Notes under the pieces: model-generated | What the model saw: only the letters and a program-made list of their open reading frames with translations | Told to the model about the DNA's origin: nothing | The model's database searches: none | In this document: in pieces, positions 1 to 11,567 of the stretch | How positions within the stretch are numbered: the stretch's first letter is position 1 | Layout: each line of letters opens with the position of its first letter | Source: the human T2T-CHM13v2.0 reference genome, Homo sapiens | DNA length: 64,000 nucleotides | Strand: one strand, 5' to 3' | Assembly (NCBI RefSeq): GCF_009914755.1 | Contig: NC_060930.1 | Program-made: the position numbers and the translations under genes

Positions 1-2094
1 TAGCCCATGACTAATTCCTAAATGCACAAGCTCAGAGACCCCTCCCCCAGGGTATAGAGTCAGAGATTTTCTGCCTGAGAAAGCTAAGCCAAGAGGAACA
101 ATAGGAACCCCAAATCTTTGTTCAGAAGGAGCCAGAGCCACCCTTGGACTTCTAGGCATAACTGCACCCAGATGGTCCAAGCTATGAGAGATTATAAAGG
201 GGAAGGGAGGGTTGCCAAAGGAAGAAGTGGAGAAAACAATTTCCTAGGCCAGTGCTTGTTCTAGAGTTTTCATCAGAACTGAGAAACCTTAAGGCAGAAT
301 TACTTCCCACCCTTTCTCTCCCCTTGTTTGTGTGTGTGTGTTTTCTAGCTCTTCTCACATTTCCTCTCTTCACCCCAGCTTTTTCCTACTCACACAGCCT
401 TAACTAATAGACAAATGGGGAAAAATGGTAAGAAAAGCATTCCTACTCCCTTGACTGAGACAGAACTTTTATTACAAATCCAGACATTGCAGAGAAGATC
501 CAGATTCTGTTTAAGTCATGTCTGGAGTAAAACACTCCCAAGTTACTATTCTTTGCTCAAGAAAAGGCTCAGAGCACTAGGGTACCAATCAAAATAAAGC
601 ATGCTGTAAATGAAGCTTGACCACCTTCTTTCCTGAGTGTTTTCTCTTCCACAATACACATAGAATGCATTGTAAACTGCAACCAACTGAATATACATGC
701 CATACAGAAAGCAGTGCAGCTCCAAAGCAGCTGGGAACACCTAATTTCCATTTGGCCTGCTGACCGAGGTACATGTCAACTGCAGAAGGTGAGGAAAAAG
801 AAGTGTGATTTGGCCAAAGCCAGGACAGGATGGCATTCTTGCCCCTGATAACTTCCAGCAAGGAATCAGGTTTGGGCACAGGAGCCATAGATACTTTGGA
901 AGACCCTATCATTACAACAGTAGAAATATTCAGATGCATTACCAGAGGGAAAATTGGGTCACTGTTTATAACCAGAATTCCAAATCTCCACCAATTATTT
1001 GGAATAATCAATGAACAACACATCCCTGTTAAGGCCATCACAGTGGAAACTACAGTAAGAACTCTGTAAGAGATCTGGCCTTACTAATGAACTTCTCCAA
1101 AGACAAGAACTATCCTTAGATGAGGTCATTAAAAGAAATTGGTCTCCCATTTTTAGGCAAGATAAGAATGTTCTATTTCAGAGTTGGAAAATAAAATCAG
1201 GGTGGGGAGAGGAAAAAAATTAAAAATAATGCAAGATTAAAAAAAAAAGAGTTGCAAAATGCTCTGAGAGAACACAAAGCATTGGAGGCTACAAAGCCAC
1301 TTCTGGTGGAGAAGTGGCCACTAGGGTATCATTTGAGAAGGGGAGAAGGCCATGATATCACAGATCATGAATGGAGCTGTTGCTCAGCCATTGCTGAGCT
1401 GGAGGAGTGGGCTATGGACAAACTCAATGGACTACTGGGGCCTTACCAGATTCAAAGCAGCAGGTTCTATACCTACAAGTAGATTTCAACGTTTGGCTTA
1501 GTGGATGTCATTTGCTGAGGTCGAAATTTCCAGCTGTGCAGTGTTAAACTCGGGATGATTATAGCACAGCTTTAAACAAGCTATTGATTTTAAACTTTTG
1601 TTAGGCTAAAAGAAACTAAGTTAGATCATTCAGAAGCAAGTGAAGAACTCACCTTCTAAAAATAAAGTTAAGGAACTTGGTAAGTAACTTCTTTTCAACA
1701 GAGAAATGTGTGGGCATAGCTTATGTAAGTGACATAAATGTAGAAGTCTCTGCACTGTTAAAAATTGTAAGTTATTTACTACATGGAAACTTATTAAGTC
1801 TCTACCCCTGTTTTCTATTATTTGGACCTCAGATGTGTTGAGTAATCTAGACACCCAAAAGGAAAGTCATTGGTGAACGTGTTCCTATACTGAGAGTGTC
1901 TCTTAACTGAAGGAGCCAACCTGGTACGCAAGCCAAGGATGCAACTTGAGTTTTATACTTTTAGTTCTGAAGAGTTTTATACTTTTAGTTCTGCCCATGA
2001 TTACTTTATATAGAACCTTCCAGAAGGCTCCAAACTGATTACATCTTATTCAGATTTCTCTTATATAAATTTCAGTTCCTCAGTCCCTTATTTC

Positions 2095-2300
2095 TTTCTT
2101 CATGAATTCACTCGTTCATTACTTCATTCACTATTCATTTATTCAGCAAGTGCCTTCGGGGGGCTTTCTTCGTCTGTCAGTCACTGTGCTACGAGATGCG
2201 AAGGATCCCTAATTGAGTAAAGATGATCTCCCTTCTCCTACCCCCTCCAAGTTCACAGATAAGAGGAGGAGAGTGACGAGTAAAGAGTCCCTGTAACTGC
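2095..2300 (-). mobile_element. L2 LINE 3' fragment
   Basis: (ATTC)n-like L2 tail 'ttcattcactattcatttattcagcaag' followed by degenerate L2 3' sequence; boundaries approximate. Confidence 0.55.
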
Positions 2301-2368
2301 GCAAGAGTACAAATCTGAGTGCCACCCTTTCCCTTATCTTCACCAAACTTTAATTGCAAAAGCATTTA

Positions 2369-2976
2369 CAGTCATGCCTCACTTAATATAGGGATATCTT
2401 CTGAGAAATGCGTCTTTAGGTGATTTCGTCATTGTGCAAACATCATACAGTGTACTTACACAAACCTAGATGTTATAGCCTACTACACACCTAGGCTACA
2501 TGGTTAGCCTATATGGTAAAGCCTATTGCTCCTGGGGTACAAACTTGTACAGCATGTTACTTACTGTACCAAATACTGTAGACAATTGTAACACAATAAT
2601 GAGTATATATTTGTGTATCTAAATATATCTAAATATACTAAAGGTACAGTAAAAATATGGTATAAAAATAAAAAGTGTACACCTATATAGAGCAGTTACT
2701 ATGAATGGTGCTTGCAAGGCTGGAAATTGCTCTGGCTGAGTGGCAAGTGAATGTGAAGGCTTAAGACATTACTGTACCCTACTGTAGATTTTATAGACAC
2801 TATGCACTTAGACTACACTAAACTTACTTAAAAATTAAGTAATTTCATTATGATGTTATGATAGCTATGACATCACTAGGCAGTAGGAATTTCTCAGCTC
2901 CACTAACATTTTGTAGGACCACCATTGTATACACAGTCAGTTGTTGACCAAAACATCGTTATACAGCACATAACTG
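2369..2976 (-). mobile_element. Tigger3 (Golem) derivative DNA transposon, ~608 bp (Tigger3c-like)
   Basis: Terminal inverted repeats CAGTCATG... / ...CATAACTG, TA at left flank, internal match to remembered Tigger3 consensus (TTCTGAGAAATGCGTC...CAAACCTAGATG). Confidence 0.85.
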
Positions 2977-3349
2977 AACCTCTCTATCATCCACTTCACC
3001 ACTCTTCTCTCCATCCAGCTCCAGTCCTGTCTTCCCCACTTATTCACAGCAGAATAATTCATTATAACCGCTAGAATCAATAGTTTGCTGTTTCATGGCT
3101 TCCCCTTAGCCTTTCTTCAGTTGTTCACATGCAAAGGGATTTTGCGCAAAGGGACCCTGACTTTGCATTAAGAAGAGCAGCTTCTGTTCTTCCAGTCCCT
3201 GCGCTGTCTTCCCCTCACCTCTTGCCCCAACTATCTCTCTTGGAGAATACTGCACAGACATCATCCACTTCCTTTATTTAGACTTAGTTGTGGCCGCTTC
3301 TTGGTTGCTGGGCTTCTATGAACTAGACCAGAAGGCTATTTTGATAAAT

Positions 3350-3678
3350 ATAATATTCCCCCCTTATTCTCATGGAATACATCCCAAGACCCCCAATGGA
3401 TGCCTAAAACAGCATATAGTAGAGAACCTTATATATATATTATGTTTTTTCCTATACATACAGGAATACCTATGGTAAAATTTAACTTATAAATTAGGCA
3501 CAGTAACAAAAATAACATAATAAAATAGAACAATTATAACAATATACTGTAATAAAAGTTATGTGAATATGGTCTCCCTCTCAAAATACCTTATTGTACT
3601 GTACTCACTTATTTTCAGACGGTGGTTAACGATGGATAACTGAAACCGTGGAAAGTGAAAATGCAGATAAGGGATATG
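3350..3678 (-). mobile_element. MER44-type (Tigger7-derived) MITE
   Basis: Ends CCCCCTTAT... / ...GATAAGGG, with internal 'ATAACTGAAACCGTGGAAAGTGAAA' typical of MER44. Confidence 0.75.
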
Positions 3679-5491
3679 AGTCACTTCCAAGACTCTTAAC
3701 TGTCTCGTCTTCCTTTACGAGCAGTTATATATAGGTCAGTGGTCTACAGCAACTGACTTCAGACCCAAGTGACCCCTCTATGTAATGGCAAACTGGCTTT
3801 ACTCCTTTTCCTGGTGATTTGGGAATATACTTTCAGCCCTTGCTGGTATACTGAATTTAAACTCTTTTGAAATTTCTAACAAGTCCCATAAAATATTAGA
3901 AAACCACTATAATCTTATGTTATAAAGTGACCAAGTGAAAACACGGTGGAAGATATCAGGGTTCATGGGCTTTATCCTAGTATCTGACAGAGAACAAAGA
4001 TATACAACAACTCACTGGGACTGTTAGCATCTGCAGAGGGGCAGGAAGAGAGAGCAAAATATCAATTTTTTAACCAACTAGCTCATCTCATTTTCTGAGT
4101 ATGCAGCATGCTCCATTCAGCAAATGTTCTTCACATCTTTCAGAGTATTCGATTACCATATCATAGTATTCTAGAGGAGTAAATTAATGGTGCCTCTGAT
4201 AGCAACATTGCAATATGCACAATTTCCACTAGTCCTAATGTGTTTTCAGAAAGTATCACAGGTAAATATTCCAACCAAATGTAGCAATGATCACTCCTTT
4301 GAAGAAAACATTATTGTGTCCTATTAATCTTATACCAAAATTTATGAGCAAAATCTATTCACGGCTTCACCTGCAAAGCATAAAGGGAATTTTCCCCTAG
4401 AGAAGGTCTCTACAACCCCACCACAAATATCTCCCATATATCTATGCAGCCTCCCATGGCTAACATTTAAGCAGACTCAACAAATGAACTTAAAGAACCC
4501 ACATTATCTCTGGTTGGAGATTAATTTGGTTGAAGAACATATTGACTGATGCATAGTTGTCGTCAGTTAAATTTCATGATGATCTATTGAGCTGTGTTCC
4601 CAACACTATGAGACCCTTACAGATGCGCTCTCTCGATCCACATCAGCCCTATCACTGCCCCCAGCCAAGCCACCCATTGCGTCTTACCTGGACTGCTACT
4701 ACCACCTTTGAACTGCTTTCTGTCTCTGATACCTGCCCACCTTCATCCCAATAATCCCTCTTTTAAAACATTATAGGCACTGGATGACCATGTAAACCTT
4801 TCATCATTTATGACATAAATTGAAATCAGGATTTAAAAAAAAACAGGGGAGGAATTGGTTAATAAAAAGTGATTATTTTCCATTTCTATTGAAATCAAAT
4901 CAACATGTACTTCTGTGCTCTATTCTGTGAGCCAAAATAAGATCTTTTAATAAGGATTCAAAGAAACTCAAAATCAAGAATTTAGCAACTAGGATGTTGC
5001 TATACCTGCTTTCTAATTAACCTGTCTAGTTGAGGAAAGGAGGCCAAAGATGTACTATGCTAATTTTTGTTCTTTGAGCAGAGTGTCTTCTAAAACGCAG
5101 GCTAAGTTGCCTTGGATTTCAGAGTGGGAAACTTTGATCCTAATGTAAAAAAGCAAATAATATTTCAGGCACAAATTTTATAACAAATAATTTTGATTGA
5201 TATTGCACTCTTTATTCAGCATTTTTGCTAAACTCAAAGAACCCCATTCATCTCTTACTATATGGAACTTCCAATTAAAATCAATCCAATTTGATTGAGA
5301 GTTAAAATAAATGGAAAGATCTCCTTAATAAAAATCTTTGAATCAAATATATTTGTTGGACTGCTTCTAAGGCACATGCCCACTTTATAGAATAGATATA
5401 ACATGCTAATATGTCCACTTGCTAATATGTTTATATGCTAAATTCTACAAAGAAGCCGTGGAGAGCCAAGAGACTCTGAGACTATATTTGA

Positions 5492-5814
<323 letters not shown>

Positions 5815-5989
5815 TCATTTTTAAGTTTACTTTAATCTTTTAAATTACCCAAGTAAGACATGAATATAAACAGTAAGTGTTTATGTAAATATAAACATTT
5901 CAAATATAGACATAAATATAATTTTTTTAAAGTAATAGTTTGTCTCATCTACCATAAATCCCATTCTCCAAAGGAAGTCTTGTTAAATT

Positions 5990-6830
5990 TTGTTATTTAT
6001 CTTTCATGGCATGTTTCTGTGCATATGCATTTATATACATAATTATAATGTGTTTTTGTGTAAATGCTAGAAACTAAACAAACTGTTCTGCAGCTTGCTT
6101 TTTTCTTTGTTCTTCTTTTTTCTTTTGGAAACAGGGTCTCTCTCTGTCACCCAAGCTGGAGTGCAATGGCTTGATCATGGCTCACTGCACCCTTGACCTC
6201 CTGAGCTCAATAGATCCTCCTACCTTAGCCTCCCAAGTAACTGGAACTACAGGCTCACACCACTATGCCCTGATAATTTTTATATTTTTTGTAGAGACAG
6301 TGGGGTTTTGCCATGTTGGCTAGGCTGGTCTTGAACTCCAGGGCTCAAGAACTTTGGCCTCCCAAAGTGCTGGGATTGCAGGTGTGAGCTACCATGCCCA
6401 GCCTGCAGCTTACTTTTTTCACTTTAGTTGTTGTGATAACATTGATAAGCCCACAGTTAGTGGTCATACAAATTGTTTCCAATTTTGAATTATTCCATCC
6501 ATTTTTATAGAAAACATATTTATAGGTATATCTTTGTATACATGTGAGTGTATCTTGTTTACATTTCTAAAAATAAATGCTGAGTCAACGGGCATTCTAA
6601 ATATTAATAAAAATTCCCCTTCACAGTCCTTCCCCAAAAAGAACATTACCAATTCAAAAGCCTATTCTTGGTATTCAAGAGTACCTATTTCCCCACTTAA
6701 GTGTCACCATTGAATATTATCAGTAATTTTCTGGTCAGTCTGAAAGGTGAAAAATATTTTATTGTTTTATATTTCATTTCCTTAATTACCAGTAAAATGA
6801 GCTTCCTTTTATATGTTTATTGGCAACATG
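5990..6830 (-). mobile_element. Ancient L1 (L1ME-like) 3' fragment interrupted by an Alu
   Basis: Degenerate antisense L1 motifs such as 'ATTTCCTTAATTACCAGT...ATATGTTTATTGGC'. Confidence 0.55.
6105..6403 (-). mobile_element. AluJ with target-site duplication
   Basis: Antisense Alu flanked by TGCAGCTT(G/A)CTTTTTT at 6089-6104 and 6404-6419. Confidence 0.9.
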
Positions 6831-7112
6831 AAATAACTTTTAAGTCCTAAAGTAAAAATGTGAAATCATAATGATCTTGGTGTAAGAGTGTGTCCCAGCG
6901 GACTCCTTTTCTTCTTTCTTTCATATAGTCTCTTGTTTCATCTTCTCATGAATTAGTGCAAAAAAAGGGAAAACAAATGAGCCCTGTGATACCTTCCTCT
7001 GGAAGAATGCCACTGCCAGAGCATTGGATAATAATATAGGAATTTATACCATCCATAAACCTTTTATAGTAGTGTAATTAGTAGGGCTATTAATACTACC
7101 CAAGCCTGGCTT

Positions 7113-7202
7113 TCTTTATTGCTGTAAACACAGCTTGTGATCACATAAATGACGTCAGTAATAATCCTTCAGGGCATCATGTAAGCCAGAGTACTTGAGT
7201 CA
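7113..7202. promoter_or_regulatory. Candidate enhancer motif cluster (FOX, CRE, AP-1)
   Basis: TTTATTG (HOX/CDX-like), TGTAAACA 7123-7130, palindromic TGACGTCA 7150-7157 and TGAGTCA 7196-7202 in non-repeat DNA. Confidence 0.35.
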
Positions 7203-8037
7203 GTTTAGCTAGGGTTTAATCAGAACCTCCATTCAAAAAAAAAAAAGACGATTCTTTTTGCTTAGAAAGCAGAGTATGAGGGATAACCCTTGGACATCTT
7301 CCAACATTTGGATTTTGGGTTCCATGGTAGGTTTACTGGTGTTGAATGGGCAGAGTGGATTAGAGACATAGAGGAATTTTAGCCAGTTATCAGTGCAAGG
7401 TTATGCCCTTCAGCCAAATGTATCCTGCCTTTTTCTATAACCTAATGTCACCTACATATGGTTTTCTGCACTCTTGTGGCATTTTTATTAACGTCTCATC
7501 CAAAAAAATGAAGTGAACTTAATATATACTCTTCCTGTCTCTTTAAAAAATAATGAATGTTATATAGAAGTAGGTTGCAGGAATCCCAAATCTGTGTAAA
7601 TTAGCAGCATGGTCTAGATAACTGCTGTGTGAATCAAGACAGTAAAATTGTGTTCAAGAATAGTCTCTACTGTGGTTTATGTTCTTTCCTTAAGCAGGCT
7701 ACCTTAAGGAAATCTGTGGCTCAGATTTCCTGGCTCAAAAAAATGGGGATATCTGTCAAATAAAAAGTATTTATTAACATATTTATATGCTTGGAGATAT
7801 GAATTTGTAATTGTGGTTGTTTCATTAAAATGTTAATCTATTTGATGATATTTGAGAGTCAGTATCCAAGTGTATGTGACTTTTTTAGGGCTGGCTATTC
7901 ATTTATTTAAGCCACAGCTCTGAATAAAACTAGTATATTTCAGGATGAATAAGATTTTCTGAAGCAACAGGTGAAACAGTTTATTCAACTTGGATGAACA
8001 TTGACAAAGAGAAGCACACAATTAAATGAAGGAGAAA

Positions 8038-8087
8038 GAAATAGTGCACAGTGAATTTGTTTTTATAATCATACTGTGCACTATTTC
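8038..8087. repeat. Perfect 15-bp inverted repeat with 20-nt spacer
   Basis: GAAATAGTGCACAGT (8038-8052) and ACTGTGCACTATTTC (8073-8087) are exact reverse complements. Confidence 0.95.
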
Positions 8088-8134
8088 AAGCACCATCCAA
8101 AGGAGAAAGGAAAAGATAATGAGAATATACAGCA

Positions 8135-10090
8135 CATCATCTTTAATCCCCACAAGCATCCCATAGGTCATCTTACAGATGAGACTCAGAGAGGTTAGGT
8201 AACTTACTAAAAATTATGTAGTGACTTCTGTTTAGGATATAGTAAGCCACAAAAGATCAACTCTCATTCTATCAACAAAAACAAGCCTGATAAGCTGTAA
8301 AATTACAGTTTTCTGAACCCAACAGAAAGCTAAGGATGAAAAGAAACCTAAATGTACAAAACTCCAGAAAATTTCATTTGTAGGAGGAAAAATATTCATA
8401 CTTCTCTCATCCCTAACAGATTACGAAAAAAAAGAATCCATCATAGAAAGAGTTAGTTAAAAAAAAAACAAAAAACAAAAAAAAAACAGCCAAAACTTTA
8501 GGTTTTAATGGCCACATATGGACCGGTGAGGCAGATTATAATTCTAAAGGACCTCAGCCACAAGGCAGGTCTACATATACCTGCAAACTCTGTTCCATGA
8601 GTCTTCACCTAGTGCTGGGCATGTGATATACCACACACTATACGGTAATGCAGGAGAGCTAAAAGCGATCCTAAGTGTGTGGAGCCTCCCAGTGCATGGC
8701 AGTCATCCTTTGCAGACGAAGGAGAGTAGTACAGAAGATCTGAGAGAAATGAGTTTAAGATACACCAGACTTTCAGCTGCCAAGCAAGGTAGGACTGGAG
8801 AACTGAGAGAAATCTTTTTGAGACATTTCAGGCAGAGAAAGAGAGAGAATTCCATAGGTGCAGAAACCCTGGTACAGGACTGGAGAGCAAAGAGAAGTCT
8901 CAAAAGCCCAAATAACAGCTGAATTGTAAAGCAAAGAGATACATCTAATGTTTCAGAAAGCTGGAAGCGTAGTTGTAAAGTGCAGCAATCTCCGGAACCT
9001 CACCCAGCACTCAGATTCCATGCCTGAAGAAGAGTAAGTACTGATTCTGCTCTCAAATTATTTGAAGACAATGGTAAACTAAGTCAAACTAAAGTTGCAA
9101 GAAAGACCAATCCCAGTTATCAGATGGACTCTGTTTCTCAATCAACAAGCCTGACACAAGTGAAATGGCATGGACTTAGAAGTAAATATTGCTTAGTTCA
9201 GTCTCTACTGTTTTTTTATACAAAATGTGCAGATACAAGTAAAAATGACTAGACATGCAATGAAGCAAGAAAATGTGACACATGGTCAAGAGAGAAAGTA
9301 ATCAATAGAAGCAGACCCAGAGATGTCATAGATGTTAGAATTATCAGCAAATTATCAAACTTAACTATGATAAAAATCAAGTTCCAGTGGGATCAGTCAA
9401 CAACATTCATGAAGACATGGGAATTTCACGAGAGATCAGGCACCTATTTTTAAGATAGTCAAATGGGAATGCTACAAATAAAAAACACAGTAAAAGAAAT
9501 GAAGAATGTAGGACTCAACAGAGGAAAGAATCTGAATTAGATGGCAGGTAGGCACAAGGTATCCAGTTAAAACAGAATAAAAAGGAGAGGAGAGGAAGAA
9601 AAACAGAATGGAATATCCAAGGTGTATGGGACAATATTAAATGATCCAACATGCATGCAATTGGACTTCTGGAAGAAAAAGAGGGACAATGGTGCAGAAT
9701 AAATATTTGAAGGGATAATAGCTGAGAATTTTCCATATTTGTTGAAACACATCAAACAGATCCATGAAGCTCAGCAAATCCCAAGCAGAAACTATGCAAA
9801 GAAAATCACATTTCTTTTCTGTGTCAAACTTCTAAAAAACAAAAAGAAAAAGAAAACCTTGAAAGCAGCAAGGAAAAAAATGCATTACACAAAGGGAAAA
9901 TATACTTCTCTTCAGAAACAATAGAGGCAAGAAGTCATTTTTTAAAACATTTTTGAAGTGCTGAAGAAAAAAAAAACAACCCTGTCATCATATAAGTCTG
10001 TAAACCATAAAAGTACTCTTTAAAAGTGAAGACAATTAAAAGTCATACATCTAGTAAGAAGCACAGCCAAGATTGGAACCAGAGCTATAG
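8135..10090. mobile_element. MIR split in two (about 8135-8215 and 10037-10090) by an ancient L1 5'UTR/ORF1 segment (about 8220-10035, + strand)
   Basis: MIR core 'ACAGATGAGACTCAGAGAGGTTAGGTAACTT' resumes as 'GTCATACATCTAGTAAG...CCAAGATTGGAACC'; the intervening A-rich sequence has L1 ORF1-region motifs ('GCTGAGAATTTTCCA', 'AAACCTTGAAAGCAGCAAGG'). Confidence 0.7.
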
Positions 10091-11019
10091 AAGTCGGAAG
10101 ATTGCTTTCAGCCACTTTCCACCCTGCCTGTACTTCATCGCATTTGTTATGTACTGGCACAGGTCTCTGGCAATGCTAACCTTTAAATGTTTAATTTTTA
10201 CAATTTGTTTTTATTATAAAAAATAATTAATGGTCTTATTAAAAATTCAGTCCATATCAAAGTATAGAAAGTAAAATTAAAGTAAAGTCAAAGCCTCAAT
10301 TTTCCACTTCCTACAGACTCAAATTGGCAAATTAGCAATTAGACAAGCTCCACTTTCCTTGATCTCATTTCTCAGGCTGGGATGTGAAAAGTCGTGGTGA
10401 GAATACTTGTCAAGCCTTTTCTGTTATGGAAAATTCTCACTGGCAATAAAAATAAGAAGCTCAATCCTTTGAATATGCAAATTCAGGATATCCTATTTTT
10501 ATCAGTCAACAAAAATCATCAGAAACTTTGTAATCAAAACTTTTGAAATGAAACTTTCTAACCAATTTACCAAAATGCCACTAACATAATTATTTGATTT
10601 ATAAAAGAAAGCAGAAAGTTTTATGTGTTTTCCTGCTACCAAAACTATCTGATGTTATGTAAGTCCACATGCCATTACTCAGATGTTTTCCACCTTAGTT
10701 TCATTGATCAGCCTCACCTTCACAAACACTACCACTGTCACAGGCATACATGGGAACACTTGCAGCAAATATGGCTGGCAATTTTAAAAGTTAACATTTT
10801 TCTGTATGTATTCCCAGAAGCTTCTTGAGGTAGAAGATGAGAGTCATACCTGAAGGTCAGAAGAGGAGGCTTAGTTTGACCAGGCACTTCTGCTCCACTT
10901 GAGAAAGTATCCGTAGTCATTCCATTATCCATAGTTTGCTCATCTAATTTCAGACACAGTCAAAGGTGAAAAATAACTTTTCTTATTTATAGTGAGACCA
11001 ATTAGCGAGAGGGAAAAAA

Positions 11020-11400
11020 AAAGTTGGTGGAGATCCTTAGAGTCACCTACTCCAACTGTGGGGTCTCCATTTCTTCAATGTTAAGTATTTTGAGCTCATT
11101 GGATTCCAGGGAAATGTATCTCATTTTTGGGGAGCTCTGACCATTAAATGTCATCCTGATAATGAGCCAAAATATGTTTCCTTTTAGGTGATACTTACAA
11201 TCTTAAATCTAGTTCTCTACCCCATGGAATATTGAACTGTTCTTTTATTAGATAGTCACTGAAATGTTTAGAGGCACACCCCACGCACACTTTTCTTTCC
11301 AAGCTAAATATCCCCATTCCCCTCTTCATTCTTATGACTCTCCTCTCAACAGCTTCAGTTCAGTTCATTTCCCTTTGAGACAGAAGGACTCACTTCTCTG
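11020..11400. mobile_element. CR1/L3 LINE relic
   Basis: Motifs 'GAGATCCTTAGAGTCACCTACTCCAAC' and 'CCAAGCTAAATATCCCCATTCC' resemble the L3 3' end. Confidence 0.4.
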
Positions 11401-11444
11401 CTGATCAGATTGGGAGGAGATTGATTAATTCCCTCTTTTCTCTC

Positions 11445-11567
11445 TTGTTTTTGGAGTACAGTGGCAATCATAGCTCACTGAAGCCTCAAACCCTTGGGCT
11501 CAAGCGATCCTCCTGCCTTGGCCTCTCAAAGCACTGGGATTAAAGGCATGAGCCATAGTGCTGGGCC
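11445..11567 (-). mobile_element. Monomeric Alu (FLAM/FAM-like)
   Basis: Single Alu arm in antisense orientation ending ...GTGCTGGGCC. Confidence 0.75.

Noticed and set aside
589-1041. 150-aa minus-strand ORF (joint longest in the track)
   Set aside because: No recognisable domain; the 'PVPKP...VIRGKNAILSW' Ig-like impression lacks the conserved Cys/Trp pattern; not called as a CDS
4684-4760. Strong minus-strand donor CAG|GTAAGA
   Set aside because: Falls in an L2-like relic where this motif is common; no matching acceptor
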